Shown here piece after piece: positions 9,604-18,240 of a stretch of 29,643 nt of DNA. The stretch is from positions 1 to 29,643 of the forward strand of contig JAUWGG010000001.1 of NCBI GenBank assembly GCA_030606525.1. The letters are read 5' to 3'. This DNA is from Methanobacteriota archaeon (lineage in GTDB: Archaea > Thermoplasmatota > Thermoplasmata > JAUWGG01). The notes below the pieces were generated by a model. That model was given only the letters and a program-made list of their open reading frames with translations, ran no database searches and was not told the origin of the DNA. Both the position numbers and the translations under genes were made by a program. The number at the start of each line of letters is the position of its first letter. Position 1 is the stretch's first letter.

Positions 9604-11482
9604 CTCCCATTAAAAAGTCGATTATTGATGGCAAAAAGATCAAGATCGTTACTAAGATCGCTCCAATGACTATTCCCACCATATTGTAATTTAGATCCCC
9701 TGTCTGTGCATGTCTGAATTTTTGACCTAGCTTTATAGTACCACCCGCAACGGTCTCATAGCAGAACCTGTCTGTTGCGCCGATATCGAATTTGTGATAG
9801 ACCGTTCTACCTGTCGCCAACAACCCGCCGATCAACCATAGGTAAAATCTATCGAAATAGAAACCATTGGATGCAGCACTATACAAAGAGCTTGTTATCC
9901 CACTTTTTGATAAAGCGATCAATTTATCTCTATTGTGTACATAATATCTGAAGATCAGGAAGCCAATGACCATGATGGTGATGGATGCACCCACAGAAAT
10001 GAAATATTCCAATCCTTCAACAACTTCGACGTGCATGTTTGAATTCGTGAAAAAGTGAAGTAATGTGTGCTCAAAGAAGCCCAATGTTAAAGCGCCAATA
10101 CCAAGAATGAATAAGGGGACGAGCATTATTATCGAAGGGTCATGTGCTTCTACTTCATCATCCCTCTTACGATAAAACACGAGATATATCATTCTTAGAG
10201 TATAAAGAAGGGTCAGCAGTGCAGTGAAAGCAGCGACTATGAAGAAGAGATAATGAGATGTTTTAAGCGCAGATGCAAAAATAAGGTCTTTGCTCCAAAA
10301 TCCACCGAACGGAAAAATGCCAGCTAGGGCAAAAGCACCAAACATCGTCATCCAAAAAGTATAGCGCATCTTGTTCTTCAATCCCCCCATGTCCATCATG
10401 CTTCTTGATCCGACAGAGTGAATAATGGCTCCTGCACATAAGAACAACAATGCCTTAAATGTACCATGCACTAGAAGATGAAAAGAAGATGAGAATAATC
10501 CATACGTTACCCCGAAGGAAGCAGCGAGCATGAGGTATGCGAGTTGGCTTATCGTGGAATAAGCGAGCAATCGTTTCAGATCTATCTCCACCAAAGCCTG
10601 TATCGCGGTTATGAGCATCGTTACACCGCCTATTATGCCAATAGCTAACAACCAATACTGCACATCAATGAAAATAGGCATTACCCTGAGGATCAGATAT
10701 ATGCCTGCATTGACCATTGTAGCTGCATGGATTAGTGCGCTGATCGGGGAGGGGGCTTCCATAGCATCTGGCAGCCAAACATGTAATGGAATCTGTGCAG
10801 ATTTCCCGATAGCTCCTAAAATAAAACATGCGCCTGGAAGTGCAAAGCTGCTTACCGATATACTCCCAGTTTCAACAGCTAATATTATCTCTTGAATGTT
10901 GAAACTCTTTGTCTGCCAATAAAGTACAATGATACCAATCAAAAGGAAAGCATCCCCGACTCTTGTTGTAACAAACGCTTTCATCCCAGCCTTAGCTGCC
11001 TTGGGGTCATCATAATAATAACCTATGAGCGCATAAGAGCATAATCCTACAATCTCCCAAAAGAAATATAGAACCAATAAGTTATCAGTCAGCACAAGGC
11101 ATACCATCGCTCCTATGAATAGGAGGACCAAAGAATAATACCTTGATAAATTGTATTTTTTTTCGTCCGTTTCCATATATTTAACGGAATATATCACCAC
11201 AAGCAATCCTATGATAGTAGCAATTAAAGCTAAAAGTAAACCAAGAGCGTCGATGTAAAAGGTAAGATTGAGACCTATGGCATCATTCCATAAATATGTG
11301 TATCCTGGTGTATAACCATTCCATACATCAGGGATTATACTTACGACGACGACCGCACTCAATGCGGCACATGCAACTGCAAACCATCCTTTAGCTCTTG
11401 GAAAAAAATGACCAACCAATGGAGTCAATGCAGCGCCGATGAATGGAATGGCAATGAGCAACAGATATGTGTAAGGTAACAT
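9596..11482 (-). CDS. Antiporter-like subunit with lateral helix (NuoL/MrpA-like)
   Basis: Motifs FWEIVG, GKSAQIPLHVWLPDAMEAPSPISALIHAATMV, AYSTISQL, HGTFKALLFL and GFWSKD. The C-terminal FYFDRFY...HAQTGDLNYN segment plus a final TM resembles the NuoL transverse helix. Confidence 0.93.
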   Translation of the reverse strand: MLPYTYLLLIAIPFIGAALTPLVGHFFPRAKGWFAVACAALSAVVVVSIIPDVWNGYTPGYTYLWNDAIGLNLTFYIDALGLLLALIATIIGLLVVIYSVKYMETDEKKYNLSRYYSLVLLFIGAMVCLVLTDNLLVLYFFWEIVGLCSYALIGYYYDDPKAAKAGMKAFVTTRVGDAFLLIGIIVLYWQTKSFNIQEIILAVETGSISVSSFALPGACFILGAIGKSAQIPLHVWLPDAMEAPSPISALIHAATMVNAGIYLILRVMPIFIDVQYWLLAIGIIGGVTMLITAIQALVEIDLKRLLAYSTISQLAYLMLAASFGVTYGLFSSSFHLLVHGTFKALLFLCAGAIIHSVGSRSMMDMGGLKNKMRYTFWMTMFGAFALAGIFPFGGFWSKDLIFASALKTSHYLFFIVAAFTALLTLLYTLRMIYLVFYRKRDDEVEAHDPSIIMLVPLFILGIGALTLGFFEHTLLHFFTNSNMHVEVVEGLEYFISVGASITIMVIGFLIFRYYVHNRDKLIALSKSGITSSLYSAASNGFYFDRFYLWLIGGLLATGRTVYHKFDIGATDRFCYETVAGGTIKLGQKFRHAQTGDLNYNMVGIVIGAILVTILIFLPSIIDFLMGGV

Positions 11483-11486
11483 CTTC

Positions 11487-11783
11487 TTAACCTCTCAATC
11501 TTTTTAATTTCTTTAAATTGATAACTCCATGATGAGTATAGGCGTTCACAATAAGTGATAAAGCAATAGCCACAATAACCACGTCGATAACGATAACGAC
11601 GATAACTAGTGCCTGTGCTATCCCACCATACCCTGTAGCAATGAAGTTCAAGGTTACTCCTTTAGATAAGATCTCTATCCCTATGATCATCTTTATCATG
11701 TTTCTTTTCGATATTAAACAATATAAACCAATGAGAATGAGGATCAATACAAGCAACGTATATGCATTCAGATATTCGGTCAA
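11487..11783 (-). CDS. NuoK/MrpC/MbhG-like subunit
   Basis: Motif KRNMIKMIIGIEIL, three TMs and a C-terminal LKRLRG. The TTG start at 11783 follows GGAGGCGA and overlaps the upstream TGA. The ORF-track extension to 11996 is spurious. Confidence 0.88.
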   Translation of the reverse strand: MTEYLNAYTLLVLILILIGLYCLISKRNMIKMIIGIEILSKGVTLNFIATGYGGIAQALVIVVIVIDVVIVAIALSLIVNAYTHHGVINLKKLKRLRG

Positions 11784-12013
11784 GTTTTCGCCTCCGGTCG
11801 CAGCGCTAGGACCCCCAAAGCACCAGCGAAGATTATTATAGCTTGGATGAACACATCCACAGCTCTTTCCCGCCATAAAATATCGCCAATTGTCCCTTCC
11901 TCCCCGCCTTCTTTTATTTCCCCCTGCGTGAGAATGTTGGCGAAGACGATGGTTAGTATTAAAAGAAGTGTGATACCTATGCCGATAACTATCCAAAACC
12001 TACTCTTCTTCAT
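11780..12013 (-). CDS. Small membrane subunit (MbhE/MnhB-N-like; NuoJ C-terminal equivalent)
   Basis: Two TMs with GDILWRERAVDVFIQAIIIFAGALGV. ATG 12013 follows a perfect GGAGGTGA. Confidence 0.72.
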   Translation of the reverse strand: MKKSRFWIVIGIGITLLLILTIVFANILTQGEIKEGGEEGTIGDILWRERAVDVFIQAIIIFAGALGVLALRPEAKT

Positions 12014-12257
12014 GTTCCTCACCTCCTTTAGTGAGATTGATCGTGGAGGCAAATAGAACTGTGATCAAGCCTGCACATACACTCAGCTCAAACATCGCTG
12101 CATATGGAGCGTCGAGCTGATAAAAAATTATTGCAAGAATTACGCTCGCTACGGCAAGAGAGATCGCTGACTTGAGGAGGTCTTTGAGCTCCACTGCTAG
12201 AATGGAGAAGATGATAAGGAGTGGGAAGAGCAATAACAATGATGCATCAATCGACAA
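12000..12257 (-). CDS. DUF4040/MbhD-like subunit (NuoJ N-terminal equivalent)
   Basis: Sequence KDLLKSAISLAVASVILAIIFYQLDAPYAAMFELSVCAGL. The probable TTG start at 12257 follows GAGGAGG; the alternative is ATG 12320. Confidence 0.8.
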   Translation of the reverse strand: MSIDASLLLLFPLLIIFSILAVELKDLLKSAISLAVASVILAIIFYQLDAPYAAMFELSVCAGLITVLFASTINLTKGGEEHEEE

Positions 12258-12383
12258 TCCATTTTCCTCCTCATTCAGTCTTTTTTCACTCCTCAGTTCA
12301 AAACTGAGGGATTCGGACATAACAATTTAATATTTAATAGTTTACGAAATATTAAGTGTCATGGCACATTATAACAAGGCATA

Positions 12384-12407
12384 GTTATTATGCATAACCA
12401 TTAAATA
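12384..12407. promoter_or_regulatory. Palindrome (GTTAT-N5-ATAAC, containing perfect TTATGCATAA) adjacent to a TATA-like TTAAATA in the divergent hydrogenase/glnA spacer
   Basis: Read directly at 12384-12398 and 12401-12407. Function is inferred only. Confidence 0.35.
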
Positions 12408-12447
12408 CGAGCGAAATATCTACTCATCTCTCATCTGGAGGAAGTGC

Positions 12448-13863
12448 ATGACATCATTTCAAGAAGTAAATAAGCTGTTGAGGGAAAAGAACATAGAGTG
12501 GGTCCAAATCCATTTTACTGATGTTTGCGGGTGCTTGAGGTCCTTATCATCTCCTGTGAAAGAGTACACCGATGGGGATGTCTGGAAAAGCGGCATAGGG
12601 ATTGATGGTTCTTCTATTGAAGGTTTCGGAGATGTGTTTAAGTCGGATATGGTCGCTCTTCCTGACCCCAATACTCTCAAAACTCTTCCTTTATCAGAGG
12701 AGGGGGTAGAAGAGGGCATTGTAACCGCGAATATATATACACCAGATGGGAAACGATTCGACGGCGACCCAAGATATATCGCAGAAAGAGCCATGGACCA
12801 TGCTAAAGCAATGGGTTATGATTGTGTTTGGATGTCGGCAGAGTTGGAATTTTTTCTTTTCAAGAATATCGTTTCTGCGATAATTAAAAATGAGAATCAA
12901 ATGGAATGGGCAAAAGAGTTTTTGAGCGCATATACTTCTCTTAACCAAAATCCCAATAAGTTAAATGATTACTTCATTAAATCCAAAAAGGGATATCTTG
13001 CTGCCCATGATGAAACAAAGGAGTTTAGAGATGATTTTAGCAGCTTGTTGTTGGAAATGGGTATTCCTGTAAAATACCATCATCATGAGGGTGGCTCTGA
13101 GCAGGTAGAGATCGAGTTTAAAGCGCTTCCTTCGCCGGTTCAAGTTGGGGATGCTGCAATTTTATACAAGTATTTGGCCAGGAGAACAGCTAAAAAGTAC
13201 GGTCTTACCCCAACTTTCATGCCAAAACCAGTGTCTTCTGATGCAGGTAATGGGATGCATGTCCACCAACATTTAACCCGAGATAAGAAGCCTTGCTTCT
13301 ATGATGAAAACGATGAGTGTCACTTGAGTCAAACCGCTAGATACTACATTGGTGGATTGCTAGATCATGCCTGCGCTATGAGCGCTATAACAAACCCTAC
13401 TGTCAATTCATATAGGCGGTTGGTTCCAGGTTACGAGGCGCCTGTATATGCGTGCTGGTCTCCTATAAATCGAAGTGCTTTGGTACGGGTACCGGCTCAC
13501 TCTACTAATCCTGAGGAAATAAATTGCGAAGCAAGACATCCAGATGCGTCTTCGAATCCCTACTTCACCTTTGCTGTACTGCTCCAGTGTGGTTTAGACG
13601 GAATAAAGAGAAAGATCGACCCAGGAGACCCAATAAATGAGAATGTGTATAAATTATCTAAGAAAAGGAGGAAGGAATTAGGCATCAAACAGCTTCCAAG
13701 GAATTTAAAGGATGCTTTACAGCTCCTTGAAACCGATGACGTTGTACAGCGCGCTATCGGTTCATATGTTTTCGATAGCTTTGTGAGATTAAAAAACAAA
13801 GAATGGGAGCGGTATTGCTCCCATGTTCCTTCATGGGATATTTATGAATACTTCGATATTTAG
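12448..13863 (+). CDS. glnA: Glutamine synthetase type I
   Basis: Motifs DGSSI, AELEFF, HHE, EIEF, FMPKP, GNGMHVH, NSYRRLVPGYEAP, NRSALVRVP and EARHPD. SD GGAGG upstream. Confidence 0.9.
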   Translation: MTSFQEVNKLLREKNIEWVQIHFTDVCGCLRSLSSPVKEYTDGDVWKSGIGIDGSSIEGFGDVFKSDMVALPDPNTLKTLPLSEEGVEEGIVTANIYTPDGKRFDGDPRYIAERAMDHAKAMGYDCVWMSAELEFFLFKNIVSAIIKNENQMEWAKEFLSAYTSLNQNPNKLNDYFIKSKKGYLAAHDETKEFRDDFSSLLLEMGIPVKYHHHEGGSEQVEIEFKALPSPVQVGDAAILYKYLARRTAKKYGLTPTFMPKPVSSDAGNGMHVHQHLTRDKKPCFYDENDECHLSQTARYYIGGLLDHACAMSAITNPTVNSYRRLVPGYEAPVYACWSPINRSALVRVPAHSTNPEEINCEARHPDASSNPYFTFAVLLQCGLDGIKRKIDPGDPINENVYKLSKKRRKELGIKQLPRNLKDALQLLETDDVVQRAIGSYVFDSFVRLKNKEWERYCSHVPSWDIYEYFDI

Positions 13864-13874
13864 TTTGTTTTTTT
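13864..13874 (+). terminator. Oligo-T tract after glnA (archaeal-type intrinsic terminator candidate)
   Basis: TTTGTTTTTTT immediately follows the stop codon. Confidence 0.4.
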
Positions 13875-13931
13875 AGTTTAGAGTTCGTAAACAGGCTAAC
13901 ATTTTTATTCTTCAAGCTCTTTTCACTCCCC

Positions 13932-15314
13932 ATGGAGAATTTCTTTGAGCCTAATGCTGTGGCTATACTCGGTGCATCGTCCAAACCAGGTAAGATAGGA
14001 TATGAAGTTCTAAAGAATCTGATCAGGTCTGGTTTCAAAGGAAGAATTTATCCCATAAATTTAACGGAAGAGAATATCCTGGGACTTGAGGTCTTTAAGC
14101 GCATAGGAGATGTTCGTGGTGATGTGGAATTGGCAGTTTTTGTTCTGCCATCTAATTTAGCCCCACAAGTAATGGAGGAATGTGGAAGAAAGGGCGTGAA
14201 ACGGGTTGTAGTGATCTCGGGTGGGTTTAAAGAATTGAATGATAAAGGAGCAGCGCTTGAAAAAAGAATGGTTGATATCGCTTCCAAATACGGTATCAGG
14301 ATAATCGGACCCAATTGCATTGGTATCTTCGATGGTAAGAATCGCTTGGATACCTTTTTCCAACCCTATGAGAACATGGTTCGCCCAAAATACGGAAATA
14401 TAGCAATTCTTACCCAATCGGGGACCTACGGAGCTTCTCTATTAGAATGGTTTTACGAGGAGCAGATGGGGGTAAGTAAATTCGTGAGCTATGGGAACAA
14501 ATGTGATGTGAATGAAGTTGATATGCTCAAATACTTAAAAAATGATGATAATACAAAGGTCATAGTGATCTATGTTGAAGGGTTTGCGAATGGAAAGTCA
14601 TTCTTAAAGATCGCGAAGAATGTTTCCACCAAAAAACCGATAGTTTTGCTAAAATCCGGAAGAAGTAAAGAAGGCGCTAGAGCTGCCAAGAGCCATACTG
14701 GCGCTCTATCGGGCGATGATGGGGTATTCACTGGTGCAATGGCTCAAGCAGGCATCATAGTTGTGGATAATTTGGAAGAGATGCTTGATGCAGCAAAGAT
14801 TCTTTCCCTTCAGCCCTTACCCAAAGGTGGAAAGATCGGGATGGTAACAAATGGTGCAGGGCCCTGCGTTGTGGCGGTTGATAACATGGCTGTTTGTGAC
14901 AATCTAGAGGTCGCAAAATTGAAGGAAGAGAGCATAGAATGTTTAAGAAAGAACTTACCTTCCTATTTTGTATTCGATAATCCGATCGATGTTACAGGCA
15001 GCGGTACAGCTGAGCACTACGACTTTGCCCTTAAAGTACTTGCACAAGCGCCTAATGTAGATATCCTTCTGCCTTTTTTCGTATTTCAAGATGCGCCATT
15101 AGCCAGCACGATAGATCACCTTCACAAGGCCATGAACGATATAAAGAAATATAGAAAGACATTGATCGGCAGCGCTGCTGGTGGACCTTTTACTAAAGAG
15201 CAGGGGAAAAGATTTCAAGAAAACAATATACCATTTATACCAACAGCTAACAGGGTGATAGGCGCATTAGATAAAATCGTTAGATATAGTAAATGGTTAA
15301 GGAGCAGGAGCTAA
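13932..15314 (+). CDS. acdA: Acetate/acyl-CoA ligase (ADP-forming), alpha subunit
   Basis: CoA-binding N-terminus ([13 protein letters not shown]), GPNCIG, TQSG, SYGNKCD, KSGRS...SHTGAL (phospho-His) and NPIDVTG. No beta subunit in the window. Confidence 0.9.
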   Translation: MENFFEPNAVAILGASSKPGKIGYEVLKNLIRSGFKGRIYPINLTEENILGLEVFKRIGDVRGDVELAVFVLPSNLAPQVMEECGRKGVKRVVVISGGFKELNDKGAALEKRMVDIASKYGIRIIGPNCIGIFDGKNRLDTFFQPYENMVRPKYGNIAILTQSGTYGASLLEWFYEEQMGVSKFVSYGNKCDVNEVDMLKYLKNDDNTKVIVIYVEGFANGKSFLKIAKNVSTKKPIVLLKSGRSKEGARAAKSHTGALSGDDGVFTGAMAQAGIIVVDNLEEMLDAAKILSLQPLPKGGKIGMVTNGAGPCVVAVDNMAVCDNLEVAKLKEESIECLRKNLPSYFVFDNPIDVTGSGTAEHYDFALKVLAQAPNVDILLPFFVFQDAPLASTIDHLHKAMNDIKKYRKTLIGSAAGGPFTKEQGKRFQENNIPFIPTANRVIGALDKIVRYSKWLRSRS

Positions 15315-15761
15315 AGAGAACTTTCTCACGGTGATCCCGCTTTCCTTTAACACTTGTTCTGCCAATTCATCAGCATAACCACTATCATAAACCACTTCTT
15401 CAATACCAGCATTAATCAGTATCTTAGCACAAACACTGCAGGGATGGTGGGTAACAAACAACGTTGCATCTTTTATACTCACACCAAAAACTGCTGCCTG
15501 AATCACGGCATTTTGCTCTGCATGAACGCCTCTGCATAATTCATGTCGTTCTCCCTGCGCAATTCCCAATTTTTCCCTCAAACATCCGACTTCAGCGCAG
15601 TGTTTTAACCCTTTCGGTGCACCATTATAACCGGTTGTTAAGACCCTTTTATCTTTAACTATTACTGCACCCACGTTCCTTCTTATGCATGTAGACCTAG
15701 ATTTGACCAGATGCGCCATCCTCATGAAATATTCATCCAATGTCGGTCTGTTTTCGCTCAT
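15297..15761 (-). CDS. dCMP deaminase (ComEB/cytidine-deoxycytidylate deaminase family)
   Basis: Motifs [25 protein letters not shown] and PCSVCAK (Zn site). ATG 15761 follows GAGGACGA. Confidence 0.92.
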   Translation of the reverse strand: MSENRPTLDEYFMRMAHLVKSRSTCIRRNVGAVIVKDKRVLTTGYNGAPKGLKHCAEVGCLREKLGIAQGERHELCRGVHAEQNAVIQAAVFGVSIKDATLFVTHHPCSVCAKILINAGIEEVVYDSGYADELAEQVLKESGITVRKFSLAPAP

Positions 15762-15843
15762 GATCGTCCTCAACCGTTAACCATCCCCCCCTTATTTACT
15801 TTTTTGGCGGAGGCATGAAAGATATTTATACGGTGAAAATATT

Positions 15844-16860
15844 ATGCGCTCTTCAATAGTGAGGTTCATGGCTGTCTTCGGCAAAATACCTAAATCGGTT
15901 CTTTCCTTGCTTCGTGACGTAGGATTAGCGCTTTTGATTGTTGTTGTCATAATGCTGATCTTATATGCCTACTCAGGGATCTGGCCTCCAATGGTCGTGA
16001 TCGAATCTGAAAGCATGCAGCATAGTGGTGATACGAGTTATATTGGTGTGATTGATACAGGCGATCTTGTCCTCGTTAAAAAAGTAACAGGCAAAGGAGA
16101 TGTAGTCAGTTATATTGAAGGAAGAGCAATAGGTTACAGAACGTATGGTGATTATGGTGATGTGGTCATATACAGGAGGGGTGGCAGTTACATCACAACA
16201 CCAATTATTCATAGGGCTATTTTGTGGCTAGAATGGAACAGCACGAATAATAGTTTTAATGCTCCTGATCTAGCGCTTCTAGAGCAGGGCGTTGATTGGA
16301 ATGTGAGTGGAGGCGATAGCCCTTATGATATCAATGGCAATATCATTCTATATGGAGTGGGATATGAAAACAAGACTGTAATAATCCAACTTAGCTCATT
16401 TGAAAAACATAGTGGTTTCATAACGATGGGGGATCACAACTGCGCAAAGTGGCCAAATGCATATGATCATTCGATCGTTCATGAGGGTTGGATTGAAGGG
16501 AAGGGTCGTGGAGAGCTTCCCTGGTTCGGCCTGATAAAATTAGCTTTCGGCGGGGATATACGATGGGATGCTGATAGAGGGTGGTTCGAAGGTCCGCAAA
16601 ATAGTTGGTACAACTTAGCGATCGCACTCACCATTTTAATTGTTACGCCAATACTCCTTGACTTCGTTTCTGGTTTGCTTGCTAAAAGAAAGGAGATGGA
16701 AGAAGGGGAAGAGATAGAGGAAGGTGTGGAGGAGGTTAAGGATATGGCGGAAGATGTGGAAGGGATCGAGGAGATAGAGGAAAGTGTGGAGGAAACGGAT
16801 GATGAAAAGGAACAAGATGAAAATATGGAAAATGATGGAGACGATGTGATCTCAGAATGA
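15844..16860 (+). CDS. Signal peptidase I (S26, Sec11-like) with acidic C-terminal tail
   Basis: N-terminal TM, WPPMVVIESESMQH (catalytic Ser), GDLV, GDVVIY, IIHRAI (His) and TMGDHN. The start may be ATG 15868. Confidence 0.88.
   Translation: MRSSIVRFMAVFGKIPKSVLSLLRDVGLALLIVVVIMLILYAYSGIWPPMVVIESESMQHSGDTSYIGVIDTGDLVLVKKVTGKGDVVSYIEGRAIGYRTYGDYGDVVIYRRGGSYITTPIIHRAILWLEWNSTNNSFNAPDLALLEQGVDWNVSGGDSPYDINGNIILYGVGYENKTVIIQLSSFEKHSGFITMGDHNCAKWPNAYDHSIVHEGWIEGKGRGELPWFGLIKLAFGGDIRWDADRGWFEGPQNSWYNLAIALTILIVTPILLDFVSGLLAKRKEMEEGEEIEEGVEEVKDMAEDVEGIEEIEESVEETDDEKEQDENMENDGDDVISE
16691..16793 (+). repeat. 60-bp-period imperfect tandem duplication in the acidic tail
   Basis: GAGATAGAGGAAGGTGTGGAGGA (16711-16733) vs GAGATAGAGGAAAGTGTGGAGGA (16771-16793), 22/23 identical. 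Confidence 0.75.
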
Positions 16861-16862
16861 GA

Positions 16863-16880
16863 TTTTGTTTTTTTGATTTT
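16863..16880 (+). terminator. T-rich tract after the S26 gene
   Basis: TTTTGTTTTTTTGATTTT lies 2 nt after the stop, between convergent genes. Confidence 0.4.
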
Positions 16881-16917
16881 GCTATTAAGGCATGTAGAGT
16901 GGAATGCTATGTTTCAC

Positions 16918-18153
16918 CTATATCAGAGTTGTTTGGAGCTTTGGTCTGCAGTTCTTGATTTGCATGAGGATTTCATCTCTTTCAAGCACCTTTTTTGTCT
17001 CGAAAGGCGATACGCTTACCTGTATTTCTTTCGTGCGACCTCCTCTACCGAATGACTTAACTCGTGCATTGATTATGCCGAGCATGTCCAATTCAGATAT
17101 TAGATCTGTGATCCTTCGTTGCGTTAGGATGGTTATACTAGCGCTTCTACACAATTGTTTGTAGGTGGTGTAAACATCACCTGTTGTAAGCTTGTGGTTT
17201 CCAACCTCTTCATTAAGAATTATGCCTAAAAGAACTAACTTGGATTGTGTCGGGAGGGTGCGAATAGTCTCACACACACAATCTAGTTCGATCCTATTAT
17301 TTGCCTTGTATACGTGGTGCTCAGTTATTTTCCTCTCTTGATTTCTCTCAGCTATCTCTGCAGCAATTCTTAATAAATCTAGGGCTCTTCTAGCATCACC
17401 ATGCTCTTGAGCCGCGAGAGCAGCGCATAAAGAGATAGTCGATGGGTCGACGATGCCACTGTCAAAAGCTAAACTTACTCTTTGGGTTAAAATGTCCTTC
17501 AACTGATCTGCATTATAGGGTGGGAACACCATTTTTTCCTCTCCGAGACGACTTCTCACCCTGGGGTCTAAGAAGTCTGTGAACTTCAAATCGTTGGATA
17601 TGCCTATCATACTCACCTTAGCGTTAATCAGATCGTCATTTATCTTAGATAAATGGTAAAGTACATCATCCCCGCTTTTATAGACTAGTTTGTCCACTTC
17701 ATCCAAAATAATCACTACTACTCTTTTTTTCTCATCAATCTTTTCCCTAAGAGTGTTGTATACTCTCTCTGTAGGCCAACCTGTAAAAGGAATGCGTTCG
17801 TCGAATTTGTCTATGAATCGGTTTCCTATATTCTGTAATACACCATATTGTGTGTCTACGATCTCGCAATTCATGTATATGTAGCTAATATTGCTGAGCT
17901 TGGATCTTGTCTTTTCAATCTCTAATCCTAGATAGTTAACAGTAGCAGTCTTCCCCGTACCGGTTTTTCCGAACAACAGAACGTTCGACGGTCTTTCACC
18001 CCTTAATGCAGTCGATAAGATAGATGCTAATTGCTTTATCTCTTCGTCCCTATGAGGCAGCCTTTCAGGTATGTAGGAAGGACGCAAGATATCTCTATCC
18101 TTTTTGAATATTGACTTCGTCTGAATATACGCATCAAATATGTTGCTTTCCAT
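16918..18153 (-). CDS. cdc6: Orc1/Cdc6 replication initiator
   Basis: PERLPHRDEE, Walker A GKTGTGKT, Walker B IILDEVD, GDARRALDLL and a winged-helix C-terminus (LDMLGII..GRGGRT). ATG 18153 follows GGGGGAGA. Confidence 0.96.
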   Translation of the reverse strand: MESNIFDAYIQTKSIFKKDRDILRPSYIPERLPHRDEEIKQLASILSTALRGERPSNVLLFGKTGTGKTATVNYLGLEIEKTRSKLSNISYIYMNCEIVDTQYGVLQNIGNRFIDKFDERIPFTGWPTERVYNTLREKIDEKKRVVVIILDEVDKLVYKSGDDVLYHLSKINDDLINAKVSMIGISNDLKFTDFLDPRVRSRLGEEKMVFPPYNADQLKDILTQRVSLAFDSGIVDPSTISLCAALAAQEHGDARRALDLLRIAAEIAERNQERKITEHHVYKANNRIELDCVCETIRTLPTQSKLVLLGIILNEEVGNHKLTTGDVYTTYKQLCRSASITILTQRRITDLISELDMLGIINARVKSFGRGGRTKEIQVSVSPFETKKVLERDEILMQIKNCRPKLQTTLI

Positions 18154-18184
18154 AGTTCTCCCCCAAGAACGTTGAAAAGGGTAG

Positions 18185-18207
18185 ACCCCTCTATTTCCAC
18201 TGGAAAC
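18185..18207 (-). promoter_or_regulatory. Origin recognition box (ORB)
   Basis: The minus strand reads GTTTCCAGTGGAAATAGAGGGGT, matching the archaeal ORB consensus (TTCCAGTGGAAA core plus G-string). It lies 32 nt upstream of the cdc6 start. Confidence 0.88.
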
Positions 18208-18240
18208 TTGCATACAATAGAAGGTTGAAAAATAGATGAG

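Noticed and set aside
11784-11996. N-terminal 71-aa extension of the NuoK-like ORF in the ORF track
   Set aside because: It overlaps the real upstream gene in another frame and is non-hydrophobic. A TTG with SD GGAGGCGA at 11783 gives a normal 98-aa protein.
12357-12376. GlnR/TnrA-like box (TGTCA...TAACA) upstream of glnA
   Set aside because: The perfect half-sites are spaced N10 rather than N7, the N7 version is mismatched, and no such regulator is visible in the window.
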